Positions 1 through 7,816 of a stretch of 64,000 nt of DNA are shown in pieces (the first letter of the stretch is position 1; the number at the start of each line of letters is the position of its first letter). The stretch is from Niabella sp. (GTDB taxonomy: Bacteria > Bacteroidota > Bacteroidia > Chitinophagales > Chitinophagaceae). The position numbers were made by a program, and so were the translations under genes. The stretch lies in the NCBI GenBank assembly GCA_027493055.1, contig JAPUDO010000126.1:11901-75900 (forward strand). Direction: 5' to 3'. Under the pieces are notes generated by a model. That model did not search any database. It was not told where the DNA came from and saw nothing but the letters and a program-made list of their open reading frames with translations.

Positions 1-433
1 CAAAGCTAAATTCAGGACAGGCATCTATATCAGCCAGTGCAAAAATACCTTCAAGCAGCATCTTAAGGTTCCCCGGCTTAAAAAAGGTAGGTGTACCACC
101 ACCCAGATGCAATTCTTTTATTTTAGGCCGGTTGCCTAAAACATCCACATACATTTTCCATTCTTTCAGTACGGTTTCAATGTAAGGCTCTTCTACCCTA
201 TGCTGTTTGGTAATACGCTTGTGGCAGGCACAGAAAGTACACAGGCTTTCACAAAAAGGAAGATGTATATAAATGCTGATACCATCTGTATCATTCGTTT
301 CCTCAAAACTTCTTTTTAAAGTATCCATCCATTGATCCGCTGAAAACAAATCTTCTTCCCAATAAGGCACAGTGGGGTAGCTTGTGTACCGCGGGCCGGG
401 AATATTATATTTATTTACGAGCGATTGGTTCAT
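1..433 (-). CDS. hemN: Oxygen-independent coproporphyrinogen III oxidase (radical SAM), 5' part; runs off the window edge
   Basis: Not in the ORF track. Manual translation from ATG at 433 gives MNQSLVNKYNIPGPRYTSYPTVPYW...IYIHLPFCESLCTFCACHK...ELHLGGGTPTFF, with the GPRYTSYP motif, CxxxCxxC and GGGTP. Confidence 0.95.
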   Translation of the reverse strand, partial: MNQSLVNKYNIPGPRYTSYPTVPYWEEDLFSADQWMDTLKRSFEETNDTDGISIYIHLPFCESLCTFCACHKRITKQHRVEEPYIETVLKEWKMYVDVLGNRPKIKELHLGGGTPTFFKPGNLKMLLEGIFALADIDACPEFSF

Positions 434-501
434 AGTTTATGGATCATAGCTTATCGCTTTCTATAAAAGGAAAATGATCTGTAACAATTATTAATTTTTA
501 A

Positions 502-1491
502 TTACAAATTATTAATTAATAACCTTGCCGCATCTTTGGCAAAATAAGTAGCGATCAGATCGGCACCGGCTCTTTTAATGGAAGTGAGGCTTTCAATAAC
601 AGCTTTAGGCTCATCTAACCAGCCACGCTCTGCCGCAGCTTTTATCATAGCATATTCTCCACTTACATGATAAGCTGAAACCGGCACTGTTACTGCATTT
701 CTTACTTCCCGGATGATATCCAGATAAGCCATTGCAGGTTTCACCATTACAATATCTGCTCCCTGCTCCACATCCTGTAAAGTTTCATTGACAGCTTCAA
801 TACGGTTAGCATAGTTCATCTGGTAAGTTTTCTTATCTCCAAAACCAGGTGCGCTGTCCAAAGCATCTCTGAACGGGCCATAAAAACAGCTTGCATATTT
901 GGCACTATAACTCATGATCCCTGTATCAGTAAAACCGTTCTCTTCCAGCGCTTTTCTGAAAGCGCCGATACGCCCGTCCATCATATCACTGGGTGCAATA
1001 AAGTCCGCGCCTGCCTCAGCATGGGAAAGGCTCATTAATGTCAGTGCTTCCACCGTTTGATCATTGAGGATGGTGCCTTTTTCAATGTCAACAATACCAT
1101 CATGCCCGTAAACAGAATATGGGTCTAATGCCACATCCGTCATTACCACCATTCCGGGAACAGCATTTTTTATTTCTTTAATAGCACGCTGCATCAGGCC
1201 ATCAGGGTTCCAGGCTTCTTTGCCGGTATTGTCTTTTACTTCGTCTTTTGCTTTTACAAACAATAAAACGCATTTAACACCCAGGCTCCACAATTCTTTT
1301 ACTTCTTTTACAGTCAAATCCAGGCTGCGTCTGTAATAGCCGGGCATAGAGGTAATTGCTGTTTTTACATTTTCGCCCTCATCAATAAACAAAGGGATTA
1401 TAAAATCATTGGGCGATAAAACGGTTTCTGCCACCAGGCTCCGTATAGCAGCAGATTTACGAAGAATTCTGTTACGTTTTTGAAGATACAT
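502..1491 (-). CDS. hemB: Porphobilinogen synthase (ALA dehydratase)
   Basis: TDVALDPYS..GHDG, APSDMMDGRI, YSAKYASCFYGPFRDA and MVKPA motifs; heme cluster context. Confidence 0.97.
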   Translation of the reverse strand: MYLQKRNRILRKSAAIRSLVAETVLSPNDFIIPLFIDEGENVKTAITSMPGYYRRSLDLTVKEVKELWSLGVKCVLLFVKAKDEVKDNTGKEAWNPDGLMQRAIKEIKNAVPGMVVMTDVALDPYSVYGHDGIVDIEKGTILNDQTVEALTLMSLSHAEAGADFIAPSDMMDGRIGAFRKALEENGFTDTGIMSYSAKYASCFYGPFRDALDSAPGFGDKKTYQMNYANRIEAVNETLQDVEQGADIVMVKPAMAYLDIIREVRNAVTVPVSAYHVSGEYAMIKAAAERGWLDEPKAVIESLTSIKRAGADLIATYFAKDAARLLINNL

Positions 1492-1497
1492 TTTAGT

Positions 1498-1979
1498 ATT
1501 TATGATGTAGGATATAGGATTTCAATAGTCCTTTCCTTATCCTGTTATTATTTATTCCTGATTTTTGATTTATCTGTAGCTGCAAAAATAGCTGTTAGTT
1601 CATTAGCCTCTTTAATCAACCTATCCACCTCTATTCCTGTTTTCAACTCAGCTTCTTTTACTACTTCAAGCCAATAATGACTTTCATCCGCTTCTTCTAA
1701 CACCACTTCAATCTTATATAAAAAGTCCGCCGCAGACTTTGTTCTTACTGTTGCCCTGTAATTTGCACCTACCGAACCTGCAGCTCTTATTAATTGTTTT
1801 GCAGTTTCAAAACCTGCTGTATTTCTGGGGAAATACGCACAAAGTCTAATAACATCAATATGAAATTTCTTTGCTCTGTTTTGTAATTCTTTTCTGTCCA
1901 TAATAAAACGTTTTAGTGCTTAACATTAGTGTTTAGTTTTATAAACTAACGCTCACATCAGACATCCTAGATCATAAAT
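1498..1979. repeat. Inverted heptamer-derived arms enclosing the four-helix-bundle gene
   Basis: ATTTATGATGTAGGAT (1498-1513) and ATCCTAGATCATAAAT (1964-1979) are reverse complements at 15/16; both lie in 7-bp-periodic arrays. Confidence 0.85.
1548..1901 (-). CDS. Four-helix-bundle protein (23S rRNA IVS / TIGR02436 / Avd-like family)
   Basis: 117 aa with KQLIRAAGSVGANYRA...FLYKIEVVLEEADESHYWLE, typical of the family. Confidence 0.88.
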   Translation of the reverse strand: MDRKELQNRAKKFHIDVIRLCAYFPRNTAGFETAKQLIRAAGSVGANYRATVRTKSAADFLYKIEVVLEEADESHYWLEVVKEAELKTGIEVDRLIKEANELTAIFAATDKSKIRNK

Positions 1980-1999
1980 CCGGCATCACAGATAATAAC

Positions 2000-2947
2000 T
2001 TACACCCATTCTTTCGGATGCTTACAGGCCTGCAACAACTTATCTTCTTCACTTCCAGGCTCTGGGTGATAGTCATATACAAATTTCACGGTAGGTGGCA
2101 GGCTCATTAAAATACTTTCCGTTCTGCCTTTTGTTTTTATACCAAATATGGTACCCCTGTCGTGCAACAAATTAAACTCAACATAACGTCCACGCCTTAT
2201 CTCCTGCCAGGTTTTATTTTCCGTGGTATGAGGCATATTTTTTCTTCGCTGCACAATGGGCAAATACGCTTTTAAAAAGGCGTTCCCGTTAGCTTCCTGG
2301 AAAGCAAATAACCTTGTGGCCTCCTCTTCATTACTTACTTTTAAGTGGTCGTAAAAAACACCTCCTAACCCGCGCATTTCATTATCCCGATGGGTATTGG
2401 AGAAATACTCATCACATTGCTTTTTATAAAGAGGATATAGCTCCGTACCAAAAGGATCGATCGCGTCCTTAAACATTGTATGAAAATGAACAACGTCTTC
2501 CTCAAATAAATAATACGGTGTCAGATCCGCACCACCTCCAAACCACCTGTCAATCACGTTGCCTGCTTCATCGTGCAGCTCAAAATAGCGCCAGTTAGCA
2601 TGCACAGCCGGCACAAACGGATTTTGTGTATGCAGCACCAGGCTGATGCCACAGGCAAACCAGGATCCTTCACCGGACGAAAGACCAATATTGAGAACCT
2701 TCTTCATTTTGTCGGTTAACCTGCCGTACACAACAGAGACATTCACCCCTGCCTTTTCAAACACCGCCCCGTTTTCCATAATGCGCGAAACGCCGCCACC
2801 ACCACGGCCTTTGGCGCGCTCCCAATTATCAGTTTTGAATTGTGCACCGCCATCTTCGGCTTCAAGGGCAGTACAAATTTCATCCTGTAAATTATATACA
2901 AAACGGATCCAGTTATCCCTGAATGCTTTTGTTTCTTCCTTTTTCAT
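2000..2947 (-). CDS. hemF: Oxygen-dependent coproporphyrinogen III oxidase
   Basis: FEKAGVNVSVVYG, NPFVPAVHANWRYFE, WFGGGADLTPYY, RRGRYVEFNLLHDRGTIFG and ESILMSLPP. Confidence 0.97.
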   Translation of the reverse strand: MKKEETKAFRDNWIRFVYNLQDEICTALEAEDGGAQFKTDNWERAKGRGGGGVSRIMENGAVFEKAGVNVSVVYGRLTDKMKKVLNIGLSSGEGSWFACGISLVLHTQNPFVPAVHANWRYFELHDEAGNVIDRWFGGGADLTPYYLFEEDVVHFHTMFKDAIDPFGTELYPLYKKQCDEYFSNTHRDNEMRGLGGVFYDHLKVSNEEEATRLFAFQEANGNAFLKAYLPIVQRRKNMPHTTENKTWQEIRRGRYVEFNLLHDRGTIFGIKTKGRTESILMSLPPTVKFVYDYHPEPGSEEDKLLQACKHPKEWV

Positions 2948-3013
2948 TTTTTAAAATTTCAAAAAGTAAAAAAGCCTTGCTGCTCTTAAGTACATTCTAT
3001 TGTATCAGGTCCG

Positions 3014-4099
3014 TCAGACCGAGACGGTCAGACGGGGTGAATATTCCTTCACCGTATCCACAAATGCTTTTGCATGGTCTACAGGCACATTAGGCAGAAT
3101 ACCATGACCCAGATTGGCTATATGCCTGCCAGGGCCAAAAGCCTGCAACATTTCCTTCACCTCCTTTTGTATAACAGGAATGGGCGATAAGAGTTTGGCG
3201 GGATCAAAATTTCCCTGTAAAGCCCCCTTCCAGCTTTCCCCGGAGGAGGAAGAGGCAGTAGCTGTAAGCTGCCTTGCCATTTGCGGCTCTATGCACCAAT
3301 CTATGCCTAAACCATGAGCGCCGGTTGCGGCCATTTCACCTAAAGAGCTCCAGGCGCCTTTTGCAAAAATGATCGTTGGCGCTTCTTCTTTCACAGCCGC
3401 AACAATCTGCCTGATATATTGCAATGAGAACGTTTCAAAATCCTTTTTACCCAACAAGCCACCCCAGCTATCGAAGATCTGTACCAGATCCGCACCCGCG
3501 GCAATTTGTCCTTTTAAATAACTGATAGTAGTATCAGTGATCATCTGTAATAAAGTATGTGCAAGATCAGGGTTTTGATAACAAAAACCCTTGGCTTCAT
3601 CAAAGGTTTTGCTGCCCTTCCCCTGAACCATATAGCACAGCAACGTCCAGGGAGCGCCGGCAAAGCCGATCAATGGTACACGCCCGTTCAGCTCCTGCTT
3701 TATTAGTTTGATCGCATCAAATACATAATGAAGCGTATCATTTACATCGGGTACCTGTATACGCTTTAAGTCCTGCTGTGTTTTAATAGGCTGCGGTAGT
3801 AATGGCCCCTGCTTTTCTATCAGTTGCACTTCCATACCCATTGCCTGCGGCACTACTAAAATATCCGAAAACAAAATAGCAGCATCCACGCCAATAATAT
3901 CTACCGGCTGCAAAGTGATCTCGCAGGCCAGCTCCGGGTTCTGGCACCTTTCAAAGAAAGAGTATTTTTCTCTTAGTTTAATGTATTCGGGTAAATATCT
4001 CCCTGCCTGACGCATCATCCACACCGGGGTCCGTTCTGTTGCCTCACCTATTAAGGTTCTGACCAGTAAATCGTTCTTTAAATTTTTATTTCTTTTCAT
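3014..4099 (-). CDS. hemE: Uroporphyrinogen decarboxylase
   Basis: [40 protein letters not shown] and NLGHGILP. Confidence 0.97.
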   Translation of the reverse strand: MKRNKNLKNDLLVRTLIGEATERTPVWMMRQAGRYLPEYIKLREKYSFFERCQNPELACEITLQPVDIIGVDAAILFSDILVVPQAMGMEVQLIEKQGPLLPQPIKTQQDLKRIQVPDVNDTLHYVFDAIKLIKQELNGRVPLIGFAGAPWTLLCYMVQGKGSKTFDEAKGFCYQNPDLAHTLLQMITDTTISYLKGQIAAGADLVQIFDSWGGLLGKKDFETFSLQYIRQIVAAVKEEAPTIIFAKGAWSSLGEMAATGAHGLGIDWCIEPQMARQLTATASSSSGESWKGALQGNFDPAKLLSPIPVIQKEVKEMLQAFGPGRHIANLGHGILPNVPVDHAKAFVDTVKEYSPRLTVSV

Positions 4100-4770
4100 G
4101 ATTCACCTATTTTTTCAAGCATCGAATGTATGCTCGGTTTCTCAGCTACAACAATATTTTCCTTGCTATACTTTAATAAAGCTTTTACCGTAGTAGTTCC
4201 TATACAATAATATTTTTGATGGGACGATGGGCTGTTCAGCTGAAAATAGCTTTCCACACCCGATGGACTGTAAAACATAATCCCCTCATAATGCTGCTCC
4301 GCTTTTTTCGGACTTGCTATGTTGTTATAGCAGATCACTTCTGATAACCTCAATTGCTGCTGCTGTAAAAAATCAGGGATAGTTGGTAACCTTTTATCCC
4401 CGCAAAATAAGACATAGCGGGCTTTTTCATCCACCTCTATTAACCGTATCAATTCACTGGCATAGTCTGCAGTAGCTATTACATTCAAAGAGGTTTGCTT
4501 TATCGCGTTACAAGTAGCCCCGGATATGCAATAAGTTTTATTTGTCAGTTCTTTTAAAATCTCAAACGCTGCCTGCACCGCATGCTGACTGGTAAAAATA
4601 AAAATATCGCCGGAAGTAATATCTCCCAGTTGCTGACGAATATCGGCTATGGATCTGTAATGAATATCAATAAAAGGAATACAATCTATAAGAATACCGC
4701 TCTCCTTTGCTTCATTTATTATAGCAGGGTCTAAAATTCTTGTGCTTAATATGGATATTGCAGACTTCAA
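4096..4770 (-). CDS. hemD: Uroporphyrinogen-III synthase (TTG start)
   Basis: IFTSQHAV and [11 protein letters not shown] motifs; lies between hemC and hemE; 4-nt overlap with hemE. Confidence 0.88.
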   Translation of the reverse strand: MKSAISILSTRILDPAIINEAKESGILIDCIPFIDIHYRSIADIRQQLGDITSGDIFIFTSQHAVQAAFEILKELTNKTYCISGATCNAIKQTSLNVIATADYASELIRLIEVDEKARYVLFCGDKRLPTIPDFLQQQQLRLSEVICYNNIASPKKAEQHYEGIMFYSPSGVESYFQLNSPSSHQKYYCIGTTTVKALLKYSKENIVVAEKPSIHSMLEKIGES

Positions 4771-4771
4771 A

Positions 4772-5074
4772 CTATTTTTTGTGAAACGGATTTTTTGAAG
4801 GACGCATTCTTGTATCGTACATATTGAGCACTTCTATTGTATTGTTATTTATACGATAATAGAGTCTGTTATGTTTAGTTAATAGTATGGAACGACAATT
4901 CTTTCTACCGGAATTTGCTCCAACAAATGGATGGTTAGATAGCACAATCAGTCTTTTCAAAAGTTGCTCTTCAAATTTATTGGCAACACGTTCTCCCCAA
5001 TTTAATTCAAGATAATGCAGCAAACGAGAAACTTTATTAGCAAATCGTTTTGTTGCTATTATTTGGTACGCCAT
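4772..5074 (-). CDS. RelE/ParE-family type II toxin
   Basis: 100 aa basic protein with YLELNWGERV...HPFVG...RSILLTKHNRLYYRI...VLNMYDTR; overlaps the upstream small acidic ORF. Confidence 0.8.
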   Translation of the reverse strand: MAYQIIATKRFANKVSRLLHYLELNWGERVANKFEEQLLKRLIVLSNHPFVGANSGRKNCRSILLTKHNRLYYRINNNTIEVLNMYDTRMRPSKNPFHKK

Positions 5075-5301
5075 TGGGCTATTACTTTTTTAAAATCCTC
5101 AAATGATATCGCATCTTCTCCAAAAGGCTTATCGAGCATTTCCATTAATTCTGTGCTATCTTTTTCAGAAAGTTCGGGGAAAGTATCTTGCTGGCTTTGC
5201 GCATTAAAGTATTCAAAATCTATACTTAATAATTCCAAAAGATTTTCATTATTTGTTTTAGAAATTTTATCCAACAGATCCTGCTTTAAAGTAGTTTCCA
5301 T
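5059..5301 (-). CDS. Putative cognate antitoxin
   Basis: 80 aa acidic ORF directly upstream of the toxin and overlapping it by 16 nt; C-terminal ISFEDFKKVIAQW is typical of Bacteroidota antitoxins. Confidence 0.7.
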   Translation of the reverse strand: METTLKQDLLDKISKTNNENLLELLSIDFEYFNAQSQQDTFPELSEKDSTELMEMLDKPFGEDAISFEDFKKVIAQWRTK

Positions 5302-5327
5302 AATTTTTTTTTAAAGGTACAAAAAAC

Positions 5328-6284
5328 TCAGCCTCGTATTTTTTTTAGAATCCCGTTCATATCCTTTAAACATATTTCCTCAGCTGCGTATTTCCCGGCA
5401 TCATAACTATCTGCTTTGTCAAAAATCTTTTCTACTTCAACCTTATCTTTTCCATCAGGAGAAATAATATTTCCTTTAAATAATATTTCTCCGTTCGCTA
5501 TTTGAGCACGAGCGCTGATAGGTGTGGAGCATCCGCCCATTAAAGCACTTAGAAAATCGCGCTCTATTTTTACACAGGTTGCCGTATCAATGTCATTTAA
5601 AGCTGAACAGGCCGCAAGTGTATGGGTATCGTCAGTTCTGCCAACCACCATGATCGCGCCTTGCGCAGGAGCAGGCAACATCCAATCCAGGTCTATACTA
5701 TTTTCCGGCCGAAGGTTAATACGTTCCAAACCCGCTGCTGCAAAAATGGCCCCATCCCAATTACTTTCCGCCACTTTTTTCAAACGCGTATTTACATTAC
5801 CCCGCAGGTTTTCAATAGTCGTATTAGGGAAACGGTGCAGCCACTGTGCGCGGCGGCGGATACTGCTGGTGGCAATAGTAAGAGATGACAGTTGACGGTT
5901 GACAGTTGACAGGTTTTCTTCCTCTAAAACAATGAGGCTGTCATCTGTCATCTGTCCTCTGTGAACTAATATATCCTTATAATTCGCCCTTTTTAATACT
6001 GCAGCCTGGCTGATGCCCTGTGGCAATTGTACCGGCACATCTTTCATACTATGTACAGCAATATCAATCTTTTCTCCAAGGAGGGCAATATCAAGGCTGC
6101 GGGTAAACACACCCTGTACGCCCATTGCATATAATGGCGTTACCAGGTCTATATCACCTTCGCTTTTTATATAAACCAGCTCAGCCTTATGGCCATTACG
6201 TTCCAGCAAACTTTTTACAAGATCGGCCTGCCATACGGCCAGCTGGCTCTCGCGGGTACCTATTCGGATGGGGTTATTTTGCAT
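5328..6284 (-). CDS. hemC: Porphobilinogen deaminase
   Basis: IGTRESQLAVWQA, DIAVHSMKDVP, LRGNVNTRL, LPAPAQGA and GGCSTPI. Confidence 0.97.
   Translation of the reverse strand: MQNNPIRIGTRESQLAVWQADLVKSLLERNGHKAELVYIKSEGDIDLVTPLYAMGVQGVFTRSLDIALLGEKIDIAVHSMKDVPVQLPQGISQAAVLKRANYKDILVHRGQMTDDSLIVLEEENLSTVNRQLSSLTIATSSIRRRAQWLHRFPNTTIENLRGNVNTRLKKVAESNWDGAIFAAAGLERINLRPENSIDLDWMLPAPAQGAIMVVGRTDDTHTLAACSALNDIDTATCVKIERDFLSALMGGCSTPISARAQIANGEILFKGNIISPDGKDKVEVEKIFDKADSYDAGKYAAEEICLKDMNGILKKIRG
5883..5963. repeat. Heptamer palindrome (RG[A/T]TGAC)n inside the hemC coding sequence
   Basis: AGATGACAGTTGACGGTTGACAGTTGACAG (5883-5912) faces CTGTCATCTGTCATCTGTC (5938-5956). Confidence 0.85.
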
Positions 6285-7525
6285 CAGGACATTTGCAGGT
6301 AGTCATTAATCAAATTAATAAACTGGCAGCCTTTATCATTCTTTGTTTTGAGATTTACGGCTAATTGCTTCACCGCTTTCTGGGCTTTTAAAGTCTGCTC
6401 TTTCAGCACAACATCTTTAGCAAACTCACAGGAGAAATCCTGCATTTTATCAATTTCCTGCAACTTGCTTTTCCATGTTTTAAGGTGAAGCACATAGCGA
6501 TAATCTTTCAGCCACTGCCAGAACTCCTGTGTATAATGCGCAATGATGGCTTCGGCCTTAGGCACTTCTGCACGGCGGCGCGCCAGGGTCTTATCTAAGA
6601 TAGTAGAAGAAATTTCATCAACATCTATCACCAGCTTACCCTTCATCTGCTTTACATCAGGATGTACATTTACAGGAATAGAAAGATCTAATATCAGCTT
6701 ATCATCGGCTTCATTGAAATGCCCGGGCATCACTGTAGGCTCATTAGCATTTGTGCACACAATGACCACATCAGCGGCGGCAATAGCTTCCCTCCTGGCC
6801 TTATACTCACAAAAATGAATGCCGTTCGCTTTTGATAAAGCCAGTGCAGTATCATCAGTACGGTTCATTACCGTAAGCTTCACGGTCGGGAAATAACTGA
6901 TCAGGTTTTTACAAACATTAGAACCAAATTTACCCGCACCAATTACCAGTATCTTTTTAGAAGCAATATCAGGCATTGCCTGCAACAGCTCTATAGCAGC
7001 AAAAGAAACAGACACCGTACCATTGCTCAGCTCCGTTTCTGTTTTAATTCTTTTCGAAGCCTGGAAAACAAAATTCAGCGTACGGTCCATAACCGGGCCA
7101 ATTAGTTCATAAGCCTTTGCCAGTTCTACCGATTTCTTGATCTGTCCCAGTATTTCATAATCTCCCAGTATCTGGGAATCCAGGCCGGCTGATACCTGGA
7201 ACAGGTGCTGTAAAGCAGTATTACCGTTTTTTAAATAGGCATACTCAAAAAAAGTCTTACGGTCGGCCTTGCAATGCTCCAGCAACAGGTTCACCAATTG
7301 TATTACAGACTCTGCAAACCCGTAAATTTCGGTACGGTTGCATGTAGACACCACAAAAATGCTTTTTATCCCCGCTGCTTTGGCTTCCTGCGCCAGGACC
7401 GCGAATTCCTCATTATTAATAGAAAACAATCCACGTGTGGCCGCATCAGCTTTATGATAGTTGATCCCGGCAACACAAAACCTGTCGAGCACCTGTTTTG
7501 AAATATGAAAATCTTCTGCAGACAT
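6284..7525 (-). CDS. hemA: Glutamyl-tRNA reductase
   Basis: VSTCNRTEIY, GLDSQILGDYEILGQ, VSVSFAA and IGAGKFG; TGATG overlap with hemC. Confidence 0.97.
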   Translation of the reverse strand: MSAEDFHISKQVLDRFCVAGINYHKADAATRGLFSINNEEFAVLAQEAKAAGIKSIFVVSTCNRTEIYGFAESVIQLVNLLLEHCKADRKTFFEYAYLKNGNTALQHLFQVSAGLDSQILGDYEILGQIKKSVELAKAYELIGPVMDRTLNFVFQASKRIKTETELSNGTVSVSFAAIELLQAMPDIASKKILVIGAGKFGSNVCKNLISYFPTVKLTVMNRTDDTALALSKANGIHFCEYKARREAIAAADVVIVCTNANEPTVMPGHFNEADDKLILDLSIPVNVHPDVKQMKGKLVIDVDEISSTILDKTLARRRAEVPKAEAIIAHYTQEFWQWLKDYRYVLHLKTWKSKLQEIDKMQDFSCEFAKDVVLKEQTLKAQKAVKQLAVNLKTKNDKGCQFINLINDYLQMS

Positions 7526-7535
7526 TTGAGTGCTG

Positions 7536-7543
7536 CAAATGTA
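7536..7543 (-). promoter_or_regulatory. Bacteroidota -7 box (TACATTTG) for the hemA operon
   Basis: Matches TAnnTTTG 10 nt upstream of the hemA ATG. Confidence 0.65.
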
Positions 7544-7667
7544 TATAAGGTTCTTTTTGTTAGCGTCATAATATTGTCATCTGGCAATAAAAAAAATATC
7601 ATTGTTTTTTATGACCATAATCATGTTTACAAATCCTAAATTTCTATGTCTCACCATAACAATTTGC

Positions 7668-7675
7668 TACCTTTG
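7668..7675 (+). promoter_or_regulatory. Bacteroidota -7 box (TACCTTTG) for hemH
   Basis: Matches TAnnTTTG and implies a ~135 nt 5' leader. Confidence 0.6.
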
Positions 7676-7693
7676 CGTAAATTTTTTTGAACC

Positions 7694-7804
7694 CGGCAAG
7701 TGAATATACATGTAACGGTCTTGCGTCGCACAGCGTTATCTGCAATACTACTATCAATCCACCTATTTGATAGTGATGTTTTCACAGGATATATTCATTT
7801 GCCG
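7694..7804 (+). ncRNA. Candidate structured leader RNA of hemH (unassigned)
   Basis: 15-bp closing stem 7694-7708/7790-7804 (one G-U) encloses stems GTAACG/CGTTAT and ACTATCAA/TTGATAGT. Confidence 0.5.
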
Positions 7805-7816
7805 ATCTGATAATAA

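Noticed and set aside
1548-1901. Four-helix-bundle genes as Avd of a diversity-generating retroelement
   Set aside because: No reverse transcriptase and no TR/VR pair with A-specific mismatches is visible in the window.
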